This document shows positions 44,396 to 54,565 of a DNA stretch of 57,908 nucleotides, in pieces. Below the pieces are notes generated by a model. That model ran no database searches. It had not been told where the DNA came from and saw nothing but the letters and a program-made list of their open reading frames with translations. A program made the position numbers and the translations under genes. The DNA is from an uncultured Eubacteriales bacterium (GTDB lineage: Bacteria; Bacillota; Clostridia; Oscillospirales; Acutalibacteraceae). Position 1 is the stretch's first letter. Each line of letters starts with the position of its first letter. The DNA lies in contig CATJNB010000057.1 of the NCBI GenBank assembly GCA_949741605.1, positions 1-57,908 on the forward strand, given 5' to 3'.

Positions 44396-46156
44396 GTGAA
44401 ACTCGTACTCGCCGCTATGAACGCGAAATATATCCACACAAACCTCGCTGTCCGGTATCTCGACCAAATGGCAAAAAACCATTCCATAGACGGTGTTTCT
44501 TTTGTGGAATACACCATCAACCAGCACCTCCCGCAGCTTTTGCGCGAACTCTTTTTGCTCAAAGCGGACTATCTTATTTTTTCCTGCTATCTCTGGAATA
44601 TTTCCCAAGTCCTTGAGCTGTGCCAGGATCTGAAAAAAATTGCCCCAAAAACCTGCCTGATCCTTGCTGGCCCCGAAGTCAGCTACCATGGTACCGACCT
44701 GCTAAAGGAGCATCCCTTTCTCGACATGATCCTGTGCGGGGAAGGCGAACCTGCATGGCTGCCGTTTTTGAATGCCTGCCAGAAAACGATCCCATTTTCC
44801 CAAGTCCCGGGGCTTGCCCTGCGTACCCCCCACGGTATTGTACAAACGCCGTCTGCCCCAGCGTTTGACCTGTCCGATCTTCCATTCCCCTACGATGATC
44901 TGGATGCCCTTGAGAACCGTATCCTGTATTTTGAAGCCAGCCGCGGATGCCCGTTCCAGTGCAGCTACTGCCTGTCATCGCACGAAGAAAAGGTACGCTT
45001 CATGCCGCTGCCGCAGCTTTTTTTGGCCATGGACCGTTTTTTATCGCACCGTGTCAAACAGGTTAAATTTGTTGACCGTACCTTCAACTGCAACAAACCC
45101 TACGCCATGACCCTCTGGAAATACCTTGCTGAACACGATAACGGGATCACAAACTTCCACTTTGAAATCGCTGGGGATCTTTTGGATACAGATATGCTTT
45201 CCTTCCTTTCTACGGTACGCAAAGGGTTGTTCCAGTTTGAAGTGGGCGTACAGTCTACGAATCCCCTGACGCTTGCAGGCATCACCCGTAAAACCCATCT
45301 GAAAAAGCTCTTTGCCAACTGCCGCGCTATCAATGAAAGGGGCAACCTCCATCTGCACCTCGACCTCATTGCCGGGCTGCCCTTCGATACCCTCCAAACG
45401 TTTGCCCGATCATTTAACGAAGTGTTTGCACTGCGTCCCCAGCAATTGCAGCTTGGTTTCCTCAAACTTCTAAAAGGCTCGAAAATCCGCGGGCAAGCTC
45501 CAGATATGCAAATCAGCTATTCCGAACGGCCGCCGTATGAAGTATTATGTACCCAGTGGCTTCCTTTCTCCGATATGCTCATTCTCAAGGAAGTGGAGGA
45601 AATGGTTGACACCTTCTATAACAGCGGACGTTTCGCAAATATCTTAGAAGCCATCCTGCCAAAGTTCCCGTCTGCCTTTGCGTTTTTCTGCGGGCTTGGC
45701 GCATACTATACCAAACATGGCCACCATCTCATCCCCCATTCCAAAGAGCGGCACTACGAAATCCTGCGTAGCTTTTGTTTGGATGCCGGACTGGGGTTCC
45801 CAACAGAGTGGGAACAGCTTTGCCTGCTCGATTTATGCCTGCACGAGAAGCCCAAAAAGTTACCTGCCTTTTTGCCGCCGGACGTACTATTCCAGCACCG
45901 TACACAAACCACTGCTTTTTATGAAAGCCCCGAACAGGTACAGCGTTATCTGCCCGCCTATACGGACGAATCCCCGCGGCGTCTGGCGAAAATTACCCAT
46001 CTGCAATGGTTCCCGTTTGTTCCTGTACCAACCGGGCTGCCGAATCATACCTATACCTATACGTTAGAAGCCGGGCAATCCGCCATCCTGTTCGATTATG
46101 CCCCCGCTCTACGCAGTATCACTGGACGGGCTGCCATGCAGGTCCTGCCACTTTAA
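44396..46156 (+). CDS. B12-binding-domain radical SAM protein with C-terminal DUF4080-like region
   Basis: GTG start after AAAGGGGA. The N-terminal B12-binding-like domain is followed by the radical SAM motif CPFQCSYC. 586 aa. Confidence 0.8.
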   Translation: MKLVLAAMNAKYIHTNLAVRYLDQMAKNHSIDGVSFVEYTINQHLPQLLRELFLLKADYLIFSCYLWNISQVLELCQDLKKIAPKTCLILAGPEVSYHGTDLLKEHPFLDMILCGEGEPAWLPFLNACQKTIPFSQVPGLALRTPHGIVQTPSAPAFDLSDLPFPYDDLDALENRILYFEASRGCPFQCSYCLSSHEEKVRFMPLPQLFLAMDRFLSHRVKQVKFVDRTFNCNKPYAMTLWKYLAEHDNGITNFHFEIAGDLLDTDMLSFLSTVRKGLFQFEVGVQSTNPLTLAGITRKTHLKKLFANCRAINERGNLHLHLDLIAGLPFDTLQTFARSFNEVFALRPQQLQLGFLKLLKGSKIRGQAPDMQISYSERPPYEVLCTQWLPFSDMLILKEVEEMVDTFYNSGRFANILEAILPKFPSAFAFFCGLGAYYTKHGHHLIPHSKERHYEILRSFCLDAGLGFPTEWEQLCLLDLCLHEKPKKLPAFLPPDVLFQHRTQTTAFYESPEQVQRYLPAYTDESPRRLAKITHLQWFPFVPVPTGLPNHTYTYTLEAGQSAILFDYAPALRSITGRAAMQVLPL

Positions 46157-46179
46157 ACCCGAAAGGAATGTTTTCGATT

Positions 46180-47010
46180 ATGTTAAATATTGGCTGTCAT
46201 TTATCCTCGTCCAAGGGCTTCCTTGCGATGGGCAAGCAAGCCCTCAAGCTAAAGGCCAATACCTTCCAGTTTTTTACCCGGAATCCCCGCGGCGGAAAAG
46301 CCAAAACATGGGAACCATCCGATACCGCCGCCCTGCTTGCGCTCATGCAGGAGCATGGGTTTGCAACGCTCGTGGCCCATGCCCCCTATACCCTCAATCC
46401 CTGTTCGGCGGATCCGAGTGTACGGGAATTTGCAAAGTCTGTGATGGCCGGCGATCTGGCCAATATGGAATTATTACCTAACCAGTATTATAATTTCCAT
46501 CCCGGCAGCCATGTAGGGCAAGGCGTGGAAACCGGCATCGACTGGATTGTCAGCCTGCTCAATGAAACCCTGCGTCCTGACCAGACGACCCTGTTCCTTT
46601 TGGAAACCATGTCTGGCAAAGGCAGCGAAATCGGGCGTTCCTTTGAGGAACTGCGTGCGATTTTAGACCGTGTACAACTGCGGGAAAAAATGGGGGTTTG
46701 TCTGGACACCTGCCATGTTTACTCGGCAGGCTATGATATTGTAAACGACTTAGACGGGGTACTCGAGCAATTCGACCATGTGATTGGTCTGGATTTTCTC
46801 AAGGCCATCCACCTCAACGATTCCATGACCCCGTTTGCGAGCAACAAAGACCGTCATGAAAAAATCGGACAGGGAAGCATCGGCTTTGATGCCATGGTGC
46901 GTTTTGTCAGCCATCCGAAGCTGCGCGACCTGCCGATGATCCTCGAAACCCCCAACGAATTGCCCGGCTATGCACAGGAAATCGAGCGATTGCGGGATGC
47001 CCAGATTTAA
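46180..47010 (+). CDS. nfo: Deoxyribonuclease IV (endonuclease IV)
   Basis: [14 protein letters not shown]-terminus with motifs [28 protein letters not shown] and IHLNDS. The upstream part of the ORF track overlaps the rSAM gene. Confidence 0.92.
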   Translation: MLNIGCHLSSSKGFLAMGKQALKLKANTFQFFTRNPRGGKAKTWEPSDTAALLALMQEHGFATLVAHAPYTLNPCSADPSVREFAKSVMAGDLANMELLPNQYYNFHPGSHVGQGVETGIDWIVSLLNETLRPDQTTLFLLETMSGKGSEIGRSFEELRAILDRVQLREKMGVCLDTCHVYSAGYDIVNDLDGVLEQFDHVIGLDFLKAIHLNDSMTPFASNKDRHEKIGQGSIGFDAMVRFVSHPKLRDLPMILETPNELPGYAQEIERLRDAQI

Positions 47011-47204
47011 CCAGTTGTTTTTAGTAAATATCCCTAAAGAAATCTCTCCAAACTTTCTCATTTTTCATATCTTTGAAGAAATCTGTGAAAATTATAAAAT
47101 TTTTGTGAAATGCCTATGGATTAATTGCAGAAAATATTTTATAATGTTTTTAGGATAGTTTTGGACTGTCCTTTTCGTTCGGACGGATAGCTGGAAAGAA
47201 GGAT

Positions 47205-47774
47205 GTGATTTCATTGAAAAGTAAAATTCAACGCTTTGATGAAACAGTGCTATTCTCCATTCAACGCAATCAAACCCGCAAGCTCAGCATTACCATGCTC
47301 GCCTTTTCCATCATTGGCAACGGTGGCCTTCTCTGGGCGTTTATCGGCGGCCTTTTGCTGCTCGATTCTTCCACAGCCCGCTATTCGGCCTATCTGGTGG
47401 TTTCGCTGAGTTTGTGCGCGCTGGTCAACAACATTTTCTTTAAACCCCTTTGTGACCGCGAACGTCCCTGTGACACCTATCAAAATATCCCGCTCCTGAT
47501 TAAGCGGCCAATAGGTTCCTCGTTCCCGTCCGGCCACGCCGCGACATCGTTTGCCAGTGCCACTGCCCTCTTTTTTATGGACCCGAGAATCGGTATGATT
47601 GCGTTGTTTGTTGCTTTTATCATTGCGTTTTCCCGTCTGTACCTGTTTGTCCACTACCCGACTGATATCCTGTTTGGAATGGTATCGGGTGTGGCGTTGT
47701 CGCTAGTGGGGATTCAGATTGTCAGAGCATTTTTCCACTTTGTCCCCATTTCCTATTTTGCGCTTCCTGTATAA
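47205..47774 (+). CDS. PAP2-family phosphatase (membrane)
   Basis: Motifs KRPIGSSFPSGHAATSF and SRLYLFVHYPTD. Start is uncertain (GTG 47205 or TTG 47214). Confidence 0.85.
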   Translation: MISLKSKIQRFDETVLFSIQRNQTRKLSITMLAFSIIGNGGLLWAFIGGLLLLDSSTARYSAYLVVSLSLCALVNNIFFKPLCDRERPCDTYQNIPLLIKRPIGSSFPSGHAATSFASATALFFMDPRIGMIALFVAFIIAFSRLYLFVHYPTDILFGMVSGVALSLVGIQIVRAFFHFVPISYFALPV

Positions 47775-47792
47775 CTGTTTCGGAAAACACAC

Positions 47793-47832
47793 AAAATACA
47801 CGGTAAAGAGTCTTTCTTACCGTGTATTTTTT
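47793..47832. terminator. Bidirectional terminator between convergent genes
   Basis: 13-bp arms aaatacacggtaa / ttaccgtgtattt followed by a T run. Confidence 0.75.
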
Positions 47833-47834
47833 TG

Positions 47835-48536
47835 CTAATCAAAGATATCCCGCTGACGTTTTTTGTGCCCTTTGGGGTAGACCGTGAGGGTATTGTGGCA
47901 GTCGCACGTGGCCAGCAGCACTTCGGATACTTTATAATCTTGTTCTTTTAACTGCTTGTCCAGCCATTCCTGATTATTCCCAATATTATGCAGGTTTTCC
48001 ACCATCACCTGACCGTCTAAAATGACATTTGCCACCAGCCGGTCTGCGGGCACCTGCAAATGCAAATCCTTGGGCGTGACCGGGCGCTGATCCTCAAGCG
48101 GCAGGAAACTGACATGCCCATTCGTTTCAAGGACCGCGGCCTGCAAATTGGACAGGTCAAAATAGCCATTAATCCGGCACTGGCTCAAAAATTCGCCAAG
48201 GTCAAATTTCGCTTTTTTGAGGTTCTCAAAATAGAGCTTTCCGTTTTCAAACAACACCAGTGATTTGCCGTTTAAAATCCGACGCATGGAAAGCGATTTA
48301 CTGTTTAAAATCGAGATCGCCACTGCTACAAGCGCATACACGACCATCGCTAACAACGGTTTCCAGAATTCTTCCATCGCAGTCGCCATTTCCGCTGCAA
48401 TGGATCCAATCGTGATCCCGTTGATGTAATCAAACATACTCAACTGTGACATCTGCCGGTTGCCAATGAGCTTAGTGAGTAAAAATAACACCACGATAGA
48501 TCCCAGCGATGCACACAAAATCCACAGCACTTCCAT
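47835..48536 (-). CDS. DUF421 (YetF-like) membrane protein
   Basis: N-terminal TM segments and LTKLIGNRQMSQLSMFDYINGITIGSIAAEMA, typical of DUF421. AAAGGAGGGG RBS. Confidence 0.8.
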   Translation of the reverse strand: MEVLWILCASLGSIVVLFLLTKLIGNRQMSQLSMFDYINGITIGSIAAEMATAMEEFWKPLLAMVVYALVAVAISILNSKSLSMRRILNGKSLVLFENGKLYFENLKKAKFDLGEFLSQCRINGYFDLSNLQAAVLETNGHVSFLPLEDQRPVTPKDLHLQVPADRLVANVILDGQVMVENLHNIGNNQEWLDKQLKEQDYKVSEVLLATCDCHNTLTVYPKGHKKRQRDIFD

Positions 48537-48662
48537 CTGCTAACCCCTCCTTTCGTGCCCTGTGTCCGATACCGTTAGGGTTCCCCGGGATGCGGTGTGC
48601 TATACGGTATGGCACCTGCTGATATTTTCCAGTGGAGCCCGGAACTTTCTGATGGATTTTTG

Positions 48663-48691
48663 TTGAAAGTATGTCCAATTAGTGGTATAAT
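48663..48691 (+). promoter_or_regulatory. Promoter TTGAAA-17-TATAAT for aspS-gatCAB
   Basis: Perfect -10, 17-nt spacer, ~55 nt upstream of aspS. Confidence 0.6.
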
Positions 48692-48749
48692 TTTTGGTAT
48701 ATGTAATTTTTTCGAATCTTAATTCACCGAATGAAAGGATTTTTGGAAT

Positions 48750-50504
48750 ATGGTTTATGTCAATGAGTACCGTACGCATCTGTGCGGGCAAGTCAGTGAG
48801 GCCGAGATCGGCAAAGAGATCCGGGTCGCCGGCTGGATCGAAAATATCCGCGACCACGGTGGGGTCAAATTTTTGGACCTACGCGATCAGTCTGGGGTTT
48901 TACAAGTCGTTGTCTACGATGAGTCCCTGCTTGAACCGGTCAATAAAGAATGTTCTGTAACTATTAGCGGCCCGGTTGTCCTGCGTGACCCCGAAACGGT
49001 CAATCCCAAAATTGCGACCGGTAAAATTGAAGTCAAGGCGGCGACTCTGACTGTCCTTGGAAAAGCCCCGAATGCACTGCCGTTTGAAGTCGAAAACTCC
49101 ACGGATACCAAAGAGGATGTCCGCCTGAAATACCGTTTCCTCGATCTGCGAAACCCCAAAGTGCACAATAAAATTTTATTGCGTTCACAGGTGATCTCGT
49201 TCCTGCGGAACAAAATGCAGGAACTCGGATTTATGGAAATCCAAACCCCGATCCTGTCAGCATCGTCCCCCGAGGGCGCGCGCGACTACCTCATCCCAAG
49301 CCGCCGCCACAAGGGGAAATTCTATGCGCTCCCGCAGGCTCCGCAGATTTTCAAACAGCTGCTCATGGTGTCTGGATTTGACCGCTACTTCCAAATTGCC
49401 CCCTGCTTCCGCGATGAGGACGCCCGTGCAGACCGTTCGCCTGGGGAGTTCTACCAGCTTGACTTTGAAATGGCCTTTGCCACCCAAGAGGATGTCTTAA
49501 AAGTCGCTGAGGAAGTACTCTCGGAAACCTTCCAAAAATTTACGGATAAACCAGTTTCCCCGGCGCCGTTTGCGCGTATCCCCTATGAAGAAGCCATGCT
49601 GCGTTACGGCACTGACAAACCAGACCTGCGTAACCCGCTCGAAATTATCGATATTACCGAGATTTTTGAAACATCCTCCTTTGCTCCATTTAAAAATAAA
49701 ACCATCCGTGCGATCAATGTCCCGGACTGCGCCAGCCAGCCCAAAAGCTTCTTTGAGAATATGCTCAAATTCGCCACCGATGAACTCGGCATGATGGGGC
49801 TCGGTTACATCAAGGTCAACGACGCCATGGAGTTCCTTGGCCCTATCAACAAATTCATCCCCGACGATCAGCGCCAGCCCCTCATAGAAAAGGCAGGATT
49901 AAAACCCGGATGTGTCCTGTACTTCATTGCAGATGAAAAAAATCAGGCCGCGCTGCTCGCCGGACAAATCCGCAGCGAGCTTGGCAGACGCCTGCATCTG
50001 CTGGATGAGGATTGTTATAAACTGTGCTTTGTGGTGGACTTCCCCATGTATGAGGTCGATGAAGAAACCGGCGGGCATATCTTTACACATAACCCCTTCT
50101 CCATGCCACAGGGCGGAATGGAGGCTCTCCTGACCAAAGACCCAACCGAAATCCTTGCGTACCAATACGATATTGTCTGCAATGGGATTGAGCTTTCCTC
50201 TGGTGCGGTGCGTAACCATGACCTGGATATCATGATCAAAGCCTTTGAAATCGCTGGCTATTGTGAGGACGATATCCGGGAAAAATTTGGTGCCCTGTAT
50301 CATGCGTTCCAGTACGGTGCGCCCCCACATGCTGGCATGGCTCCGGGCATTGACCGTATGCTCATGCTCCTGACTGGGGATCAGAATATCCGCGAGGTCA
50401 TTGCATTCCCCATGAATAGTAACGCGCAAGATCTGCTCCTTGGCTCTCCGACTGAAGTCACCGAACAGCAGCTGCGTGAAGTGCATATCCGTGTGCGTAA
50501 TTAA
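48750..50504 (+). CDS. aspS: Aspartate--tRNA ligase (bacterial type; probably non-discriminating)
   Basis: 584 aa with class II motifs (FYALPQAPQIFKQLLM, FRDEDARADRSPEF-like, GLGIDR-like PGIDRMLML). It is followed directly by gatCAB. Confidence 0.93.
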   Translation: MVYVNEYRTHLCGQVSEAEIGKEIRVAGWIENIRDHGGVKFLDLRDQSGVLQVVVYDESLLEPVNKECSVTISGPVVLRDPETVNPKIATGKIEVKAATLTVLGKAPNALPFEVENSTDTKEDVRLKYRFLDLRNPKVHNKILLRSQVISFLRNKMQELGFMEIQTPILSASSPEGARDYLIPSRRHKGKFYALPQAPQIFKQLLMVSGFDRYFQIAPCFRDEDARADRSPGEFYQLDFEMAFATQEDVLKVAEEVLSETFQKFTDKPVSPAPFARIPYEEAMLRYGTDKPDLRNPLEIIDITEIFETSSFAPFKNKTIRAINVPDCASQPKSFFENMLKFATDELGMMGLGYIKVNDAMEFLGPINKFIPDDQRQPLIEKAGLKPGCVLYFIADEKNQAALLAGQIRSELGRRLHLLDEDCYKLCFVVDFPMYEVDEETGGHIFTHNPFSMPQGGMEALLTKDPTEILAYQYDIVCNGIELSSGAVRNHDLDIMIKAFEIAGYCEDDIREKFGALYHAFQYGAPPHAGMAPGIDRMLMLLTGDQNIREVIAFPMNSNAQDLLLGSPTEVTEQQLREVHIRVRN

Positions 50505-50525
50505 TGTAGAAAGGAGCGTTTCCCT

Positions 50526-50807
50526 ATGAGCATTTCCCGTGACGATATCCTCCAAATCGCTACGTTAGCCAAACTTTCTGTGGAAGAATCCGAGCTGCCA
50601 GAGCTGACAAAGGACATGGCACAAATGATTGCCTTTGCCGACGCCATCAATGCAGTTTCGACCGAGGCTTCTGATTTTGACAATATTAACGGCCTCGTTA
50701 ATGTCATGCGCGAGGATGTGGTCGAACCATCCTTTTCCCGTGACGATATTTTGAAAAATGCCGAGAGTCAGGACGATGGTTTTTTCCTTGTCAAGAAACG
50801 TTCCTGA
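50526..50807 (+). CDS. gatC: Asp/Glu-tRNA amidotransferase subunit C
   Basis: 93 aa. MSISRDDILQIATLAKLSVEESEL is a typical GatC N-terminus. Confidence 0.9.
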   Translation: MSISRDDILQIATLAKLSVEESELPELTKDMAQMIAFADAINAVSTEASDFDNINGLVNVMREDVVEPSFSRDDILKNAESQDDGFFLVKKRS

Positions 50808-50831
50808 CCCCATGCAGAAAGGCGATTGTAT

Positions 50832-52298
50832 ATGCAAACTTCATATAGTCAAATCCATCAAATCCGTCAGCTCCTGGATTCCAAACAGCTCTCCTGCTCG
50901 GAGCTGACCCAAAAATATCTCGATCAAATTGAAGCGCTGAACCCGTCTTTGAATGCCTACGTGAAAGTTACTGCCGAAAAAGCTATGGAGACTGCCAAAG
51001 CTGTGGATCGAAAAATAGCAGACGGCGGTCACATCCTCCCTCTGGAAGGCATCCCCATGACCCTCAAGGATAATATTTCAACCAGCGGCATTGAAACAAC
51101 CTGCTGTTCGAAAATCCTTTCCGGCTATACCCCCATTTATGACGCCACGGTCTGGGAACTGCTGCAAAATCAAAATGCAGTTCTGCTCGGCAAAACTAAT
51201 ATGGATGAATTCGCCATGGGTTCTTCCTGTGAAACTTCGTGTTTTGGCGGCGCTAAAAATCCACATAATATAGACTGTGTGGCGGGCGGAAGTTCTGGTG
51301 GCGGCGCCTCGGCGGTCGCGGCAAACCTTGCTGCTTTTGCACTTGGTTCTGATACCGGTGGTTCCATCCGTCAGCCTGCCAGCTTTTGCGGGATTGTCGG
51401 GCTCAAGCCAACCTATGGCAGTGTGTCCCGTTATGGGCTGATCGCCTACGCATCCAGCTTCGACCAGATCGGCCCCATTACCACCTGCGTCGAAGATGCC
51501 GCTCTGGTTTACGATGCCATCTCCTTGCAGGATTCCATGGACTCCACCTGTCGTGGAGGTTCCCCGGCTTCCCATGCCCTCAAGGATGACATTAAGGGAG
51601 TCAAAATCGGTATTGTGGAAGAATATTTCGATGGGGTCCGGGATGATGTGCGCGCCCAAATCAATGAAGCCATCCGCGTCTATGAATCCCTTGGTGCGGA
51701 CATTGTCCGTTTCTCCATGCCTGAAATAAAATATGGCCTGCCCGTTTACTATATCCTTGCCTGTGCGGAAGCCTCCTCCAATCTCGGACGCTATGATGGC
51801 ATCCGTTATGGTTACAAAACCGCGCATTATGACAACATCAATGAGATGGTCCGCAAGACCCGCAGCGAAGGGTTTGGCAAGGAAGTCCAACACCGTATTT
51901 TACTGGGTACCTATGTATTGAGCGCTGGTTACTACGATGCTTATTATAAAAAAGCCCAGAATTTGCGCGGTATGATTGTGAAATCCTTCCAAAATGCTTT
52001 CCAAAACTGCGATGTGATTCTTGCCCCCACAGTCCCGACTACTGCGTTCCCTTGCGGCTCCGCGATTCAGGACCCGGTCGAAACTTACCAGACCGACCTG
52101 TGTACGGTACCGGTCAATATTGCGGGACTGCCGGCTGTTTCCATCCCATGCGGTTTTGATCTAAAGCAACTGCCGGTCGGTTTGCAAATTATTGGCAATT
52201 CGTTCTGTGAAGCCAAAATCCTCAATGTCGCGTACCAGTTCGAAGCCGCTGCCAGAACTTCCTCGTTCCAGAGTGTCAATATGGGGGTGCAACTATGA
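50832..52298 (+). CDS. gatA: Asp/Glu-tRNA amidotransferase subunit A
   Basis: Amidase signature GGSSGGGASAVAA..GSDTGGSIRQPA. I prefer the ATG at 50832 over the TTG at 50826. Confidence 0.93.
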   Translation: MQTSYSQIHQIRQLLDSKQLSCSELTQKYLDQIEALNPSLNAYVKVTAEKAMETAKAVDRKIADGGHILPLEGIPMTLKDNISTSGIETTCCSKILSGYTPIYDATVWELLQNQNAVLLGKTNMDEFAMGSSCETSCFGGAKNPHNIDCVAGGSSGGGASAVAANLAAFALGSDTGGSIRQPASFCGIVGLKPTYGSVSRYGLIAYASSFDQIGPITTCVEDAALVYDAISLQDSMDSTCRGGSPASHALKDDIKGVKIGIVEEYFDGVRDDVRAQINEAIRVYESLGADIVRFSMPEIKYGLPVYYILACAEASSNLGRYDGIRYGYKTAHYDNINEMVRKTRSEGFGKEVQHRILLGTYVLSAGYYDAYYKKAQNLRGMIVKSFQNAFQNCDVILAPTVPTTAFPCGSAIQDPVETYQTDLCTVPVNIAGLPAVSIPCGFDLKQLPVGLQIIGNSFCEAKILNVAYQFEAAARTSSFQSVNMGVQL

Positions 52299-53710
52299 AA
52301 TATGAATTAGTATCTGGTCTCGAAACCCACGTCGAGCTTGCCACCAACACCAAAATCTTTTGCAGCTGTACCACCGAGTTCGGCGGCGACCAAAATACCC
52401 ATTGCTGTCCCATTTGTATTGGCCTGCCCGGGACCCTCCCAAAACTCAATCAAAAAGTGGTCGATTACGCGATCATGGCTGGGCTTGCCACAAATTGTGA
52501 AATTTCCCCGATCTCCAAAATGGACCGCAAAAACTATTGCTATCCCGACCTCCCCAAAGCGTACCAGATTTCCCAGTACGATATGCCCTTGTGCAAAAAT
52601 GGGTATATTGAGCTTTCCAATGGCCGGAAGATTGGCATTACCCGTATCCATATTGAGGAGGACGCAGGCAAACTGGTGCATCAGCGCGGCAACACCTATG
52701 TGGACTATAACCGTGGCGGCGTACCACTGATTGAAATTGTTTCGGAGCCTGATATCCGTAGCGTGGAGGAAGCCCGTGAATATGTCGAAAAATTGCAGAT
52801 GATTATGCGTTATATCGGCGTTTCCGACTGCAAAATGCAGGAAGGCTCCCTGCGGTGCGATGTCAATATTTCCTTGCGTCCAGTAGGGCAAAAGGAGTTT
52901 GGAACCCGTACGGAAATTAAAAATATGAACTCGTTTACCTTCATGGAAAAGGCCATGAAATATGAAATTTCCAGACAGGCTGACCTGCTCGACAGTGGCC
53001 AACCGGTCGTACAGGAAACCTTGCGTTATATCGTGGAGGAAGACCGCACCGAAAGTATGCGGGGTAAGGAAGACGCCAATGATTACCGCTATTTCCGTGA
53101 GCCTGACCTCGTTACTATTGAGGTACCGGCAGAAAAGGTAGAAAAATTCCGTGCCGCCCTGCCCGAGCTTCCCGATCCGAAACGTCACCGCTACATCGAA
53201 CAGCTTGGTCTGCCGGAACCGGATGCCAATTTACTGGTCAAGTACCGCAAAGTGGCGGAATTTTTTGAAGCCGCATCCGATGGTGTCAAAAATCCGAAAA
53301 ATGTTGCTAACTGTATTATTGGCCAGATTTTCCGGCGTGTGGAAAACGAAGCTCAAAAAGAAGCGTTTGAAATTTCGATCCCGCCCGAATATTTGCGGGA
53401 CTTGGTGCTGCTCCTAGACAGCGGCAAAATTAAAATGAACCTGCTCAAATCGACCTTGGAAAAAATGCTCGATTCCGGGAAACCAGCCTCGGAATTTATC
53501 AGTGAAAACGATCTGGCTGGCATTGACCCGGATACCCTCAAAACCCTGTGTACACAGGCTCTGGAACAGAACCCTAATGCGGTTTCTGATTATCTGGGCG
53601 GCAAGGAAAAAGCCCTAAAATCCTTATTGGGCCATGTCATGAAAAATTCCCGCGGACGAGCCGATGCTATGGAAGCCGAACAACTTCTCATTGCATTGAT
53701 CCGCTCTTAA
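52295..53710 (+). CDS. gatB: Asp/Glu-tRNA amidotransferase subunit B
   Basis: GLETHVELATNTKIFC N-terminus. ATGA overlap with gatA. Confidence 0.93.
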   Translation: MKYELVSGLETHVELATNTKIFCSCTTEFGGDQNTHCCPICIGLPGTLPKLNQKVVDYAIMAGLATNCEISPISKMDRKNYCYPDLPKAYQISQYDMPLCKNGYIELSNGRKIGITRIHIEEDAGKLVHQRGNTYVDYNRGGVPLIEIVSEPDIRSVEEAREYVEKLQMIMRYIGVSDCKMQEGSLRCDVNISLRPVGQKEFGTRTEIKNMNSFTFMEKAMKYEISRQADLLDSGQPVVQETLRYIVEEDRTESMRGKEDANDYRYFREPDLVTIEVPAEKVEKFRAALPELPDPKRHRYIEQLGLPEPDANLLVKYRKVAEFFEAASDGVKNPKNVANCIIGQIFRRVENEAQKEAFEISIPPEYLRDLVLLLDSGKIKMNLLKSTLEKMLDSGKPASEFISENDLAGIDPDTLKTLCTQALEQNPNAVSDYLGGKEKALKSLLGHVMKNSRGRADAMEAEQLLIALIRS

Positions 53711-53723
53711 TTCTACGCTATAT

Positions 53724-53759
53724 AAAAACAGAGTGCCGTTTTCTGACACTCTGTTTTTT
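53724..53759. terminator. Bidirectional rho-independent terminator
   Basis: 11-bp arms aaaacagagtg / cactctgtttt with a T run. Confidence 0.8.
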
Positions 53760-53761
53760 GT

Positions 53762-54445
53762 TTATTCAGGCTGGGAGATTAACGTCCCGCCACTACCATT
53801 GCTATGATAAATTGGTGTCACAGTCAGGCGATCCGCACGGTCCTCGTCCCCGGTCTTTAAAGTATACTGGGTATTCCCGCAAATAAAATGCATGGTTGTC
53901 GAGGCACGTTCCGAACGGTCTTTATAAAGCCCCAATGTTTCTGTCACACGGTTGCGTTCTCCTGGGCTGAATGCGTCGATCACAGCCGCCACATATCCCC
54001 CTTTGGTTTTCGCGGTAGCTTCGTCCGGTACCGCCAGGTTCAGTTCCAACCCATAGACCAGTGTTTCATTTTTTCCACGTGTGTTGTTAAACCGGATCGT
54101 CCAAGTATTCCCATCATAACTGTATAACTCCGTGCGGTCTTTCATCGCACTCATCTGCTTGTAACCCAGCTCGCCTAAGCGCTTGTTTAAATCTTCGACC
54201 ACGGTTGCATTGGTAGCCTGATACCAGCTAATATATTGGTCACCACCTGTTGCATAGCCATTTTCACCTGGGGAGGTCAGTTCATAAGTCGGCACCCCTA
54301 GTGCGCTACGTGTAACGGTTACGCCCTCCGCCAGTGGTTCCGCTTCCGATTGCACCGCCGAAGGCACTGGTTCTCCAGTCCCCGCACATCCCGGCAGCAA
54401 CAGCAACATCGTCGCACCTGCAAGCAAAAGCCATCTTTTTTTCAT
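53762..54445 (-). CDS. Hypothetical lipoprotein
   Basis: Signal peptide with lipobox LLLPGC. 227 aa. Confidence 0.7.
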   Translation of the reverse strand: MKKRWLLLAGATMLLLLPGCAGTGEPVPSAVQSEAEPLAEGVTVTRSALGVPTYELTSPGENGYATGGDQYISWYQATNATVVEDLNKRLGELGYKQMSAMKDRTELYSYDGNTWTIRFNNTRGKNETLVYGLELNLAVPDEATAKTKGGYVAAVIDAFSPGERNRVTETLGLYKDRSERASTTMHFICGNTQYTLKTGDEDRADRLTVTPIYHSNGSGGTLISQPE

Positions 54446-54516
54446 CCTGCATCCCCCTTTTTCTGCTAAAAATCATACCATTTCCCACTCGGGATTGTCA
54501 AGGGGAATCGGAGGAA

Positions 54517-54553
54517 ATACAAAAACCGCCGGTACCATTTTGCCGACGGTTTT
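54517..54553 (-). terminator. Terminator downstream of the Big_2 protein gene
   Basis: The minus-strand RNA has AAACCGUCGG..CCGGCGGUUU followed by UUGUAUUU. Confidence 0.6.
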
Positions 54554-54565
54554 CTGTTTTGTACG

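Noticed and set aside
43985-44689. 234-aa minus-strand ORF
   Set aside because: It is antisense to the small protein gene, its terminator and the 5' end of the radical SAM gene.
46006-46179. N-terminal extension of the nfo ORF
   Set aside because: It overlaps the 3' end of the radical SAM gene in another frame. MLNIGCHLS at 46180 is a normal endonuclease IV start.
47011-47204. Repeated TGTGAAA motifs (tgtgaaaattataaaatttttgtgaaat) as a CRP/FNR-type site
   Set aside because: These are direct rather than inverted repeats and lack a TCACA half-site. In an AT-rich intergenic region this is likely to be chance.
48537-48749. T-box leader upstream of aspS
   Set aside because: I found no T-box consensus (AGGGUGGUACCGCG-like) and no specifier/antiterminator architecture. 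The promoter lies only ~55 nt from the start.
49899-53188. Several 200-290-aa minus-strand ORFs (49899-50555, 51078-51893, 52307-53188)
   Set aside because: They are antisense to aspS, gatA and gatB, so they are shadow ORFs.
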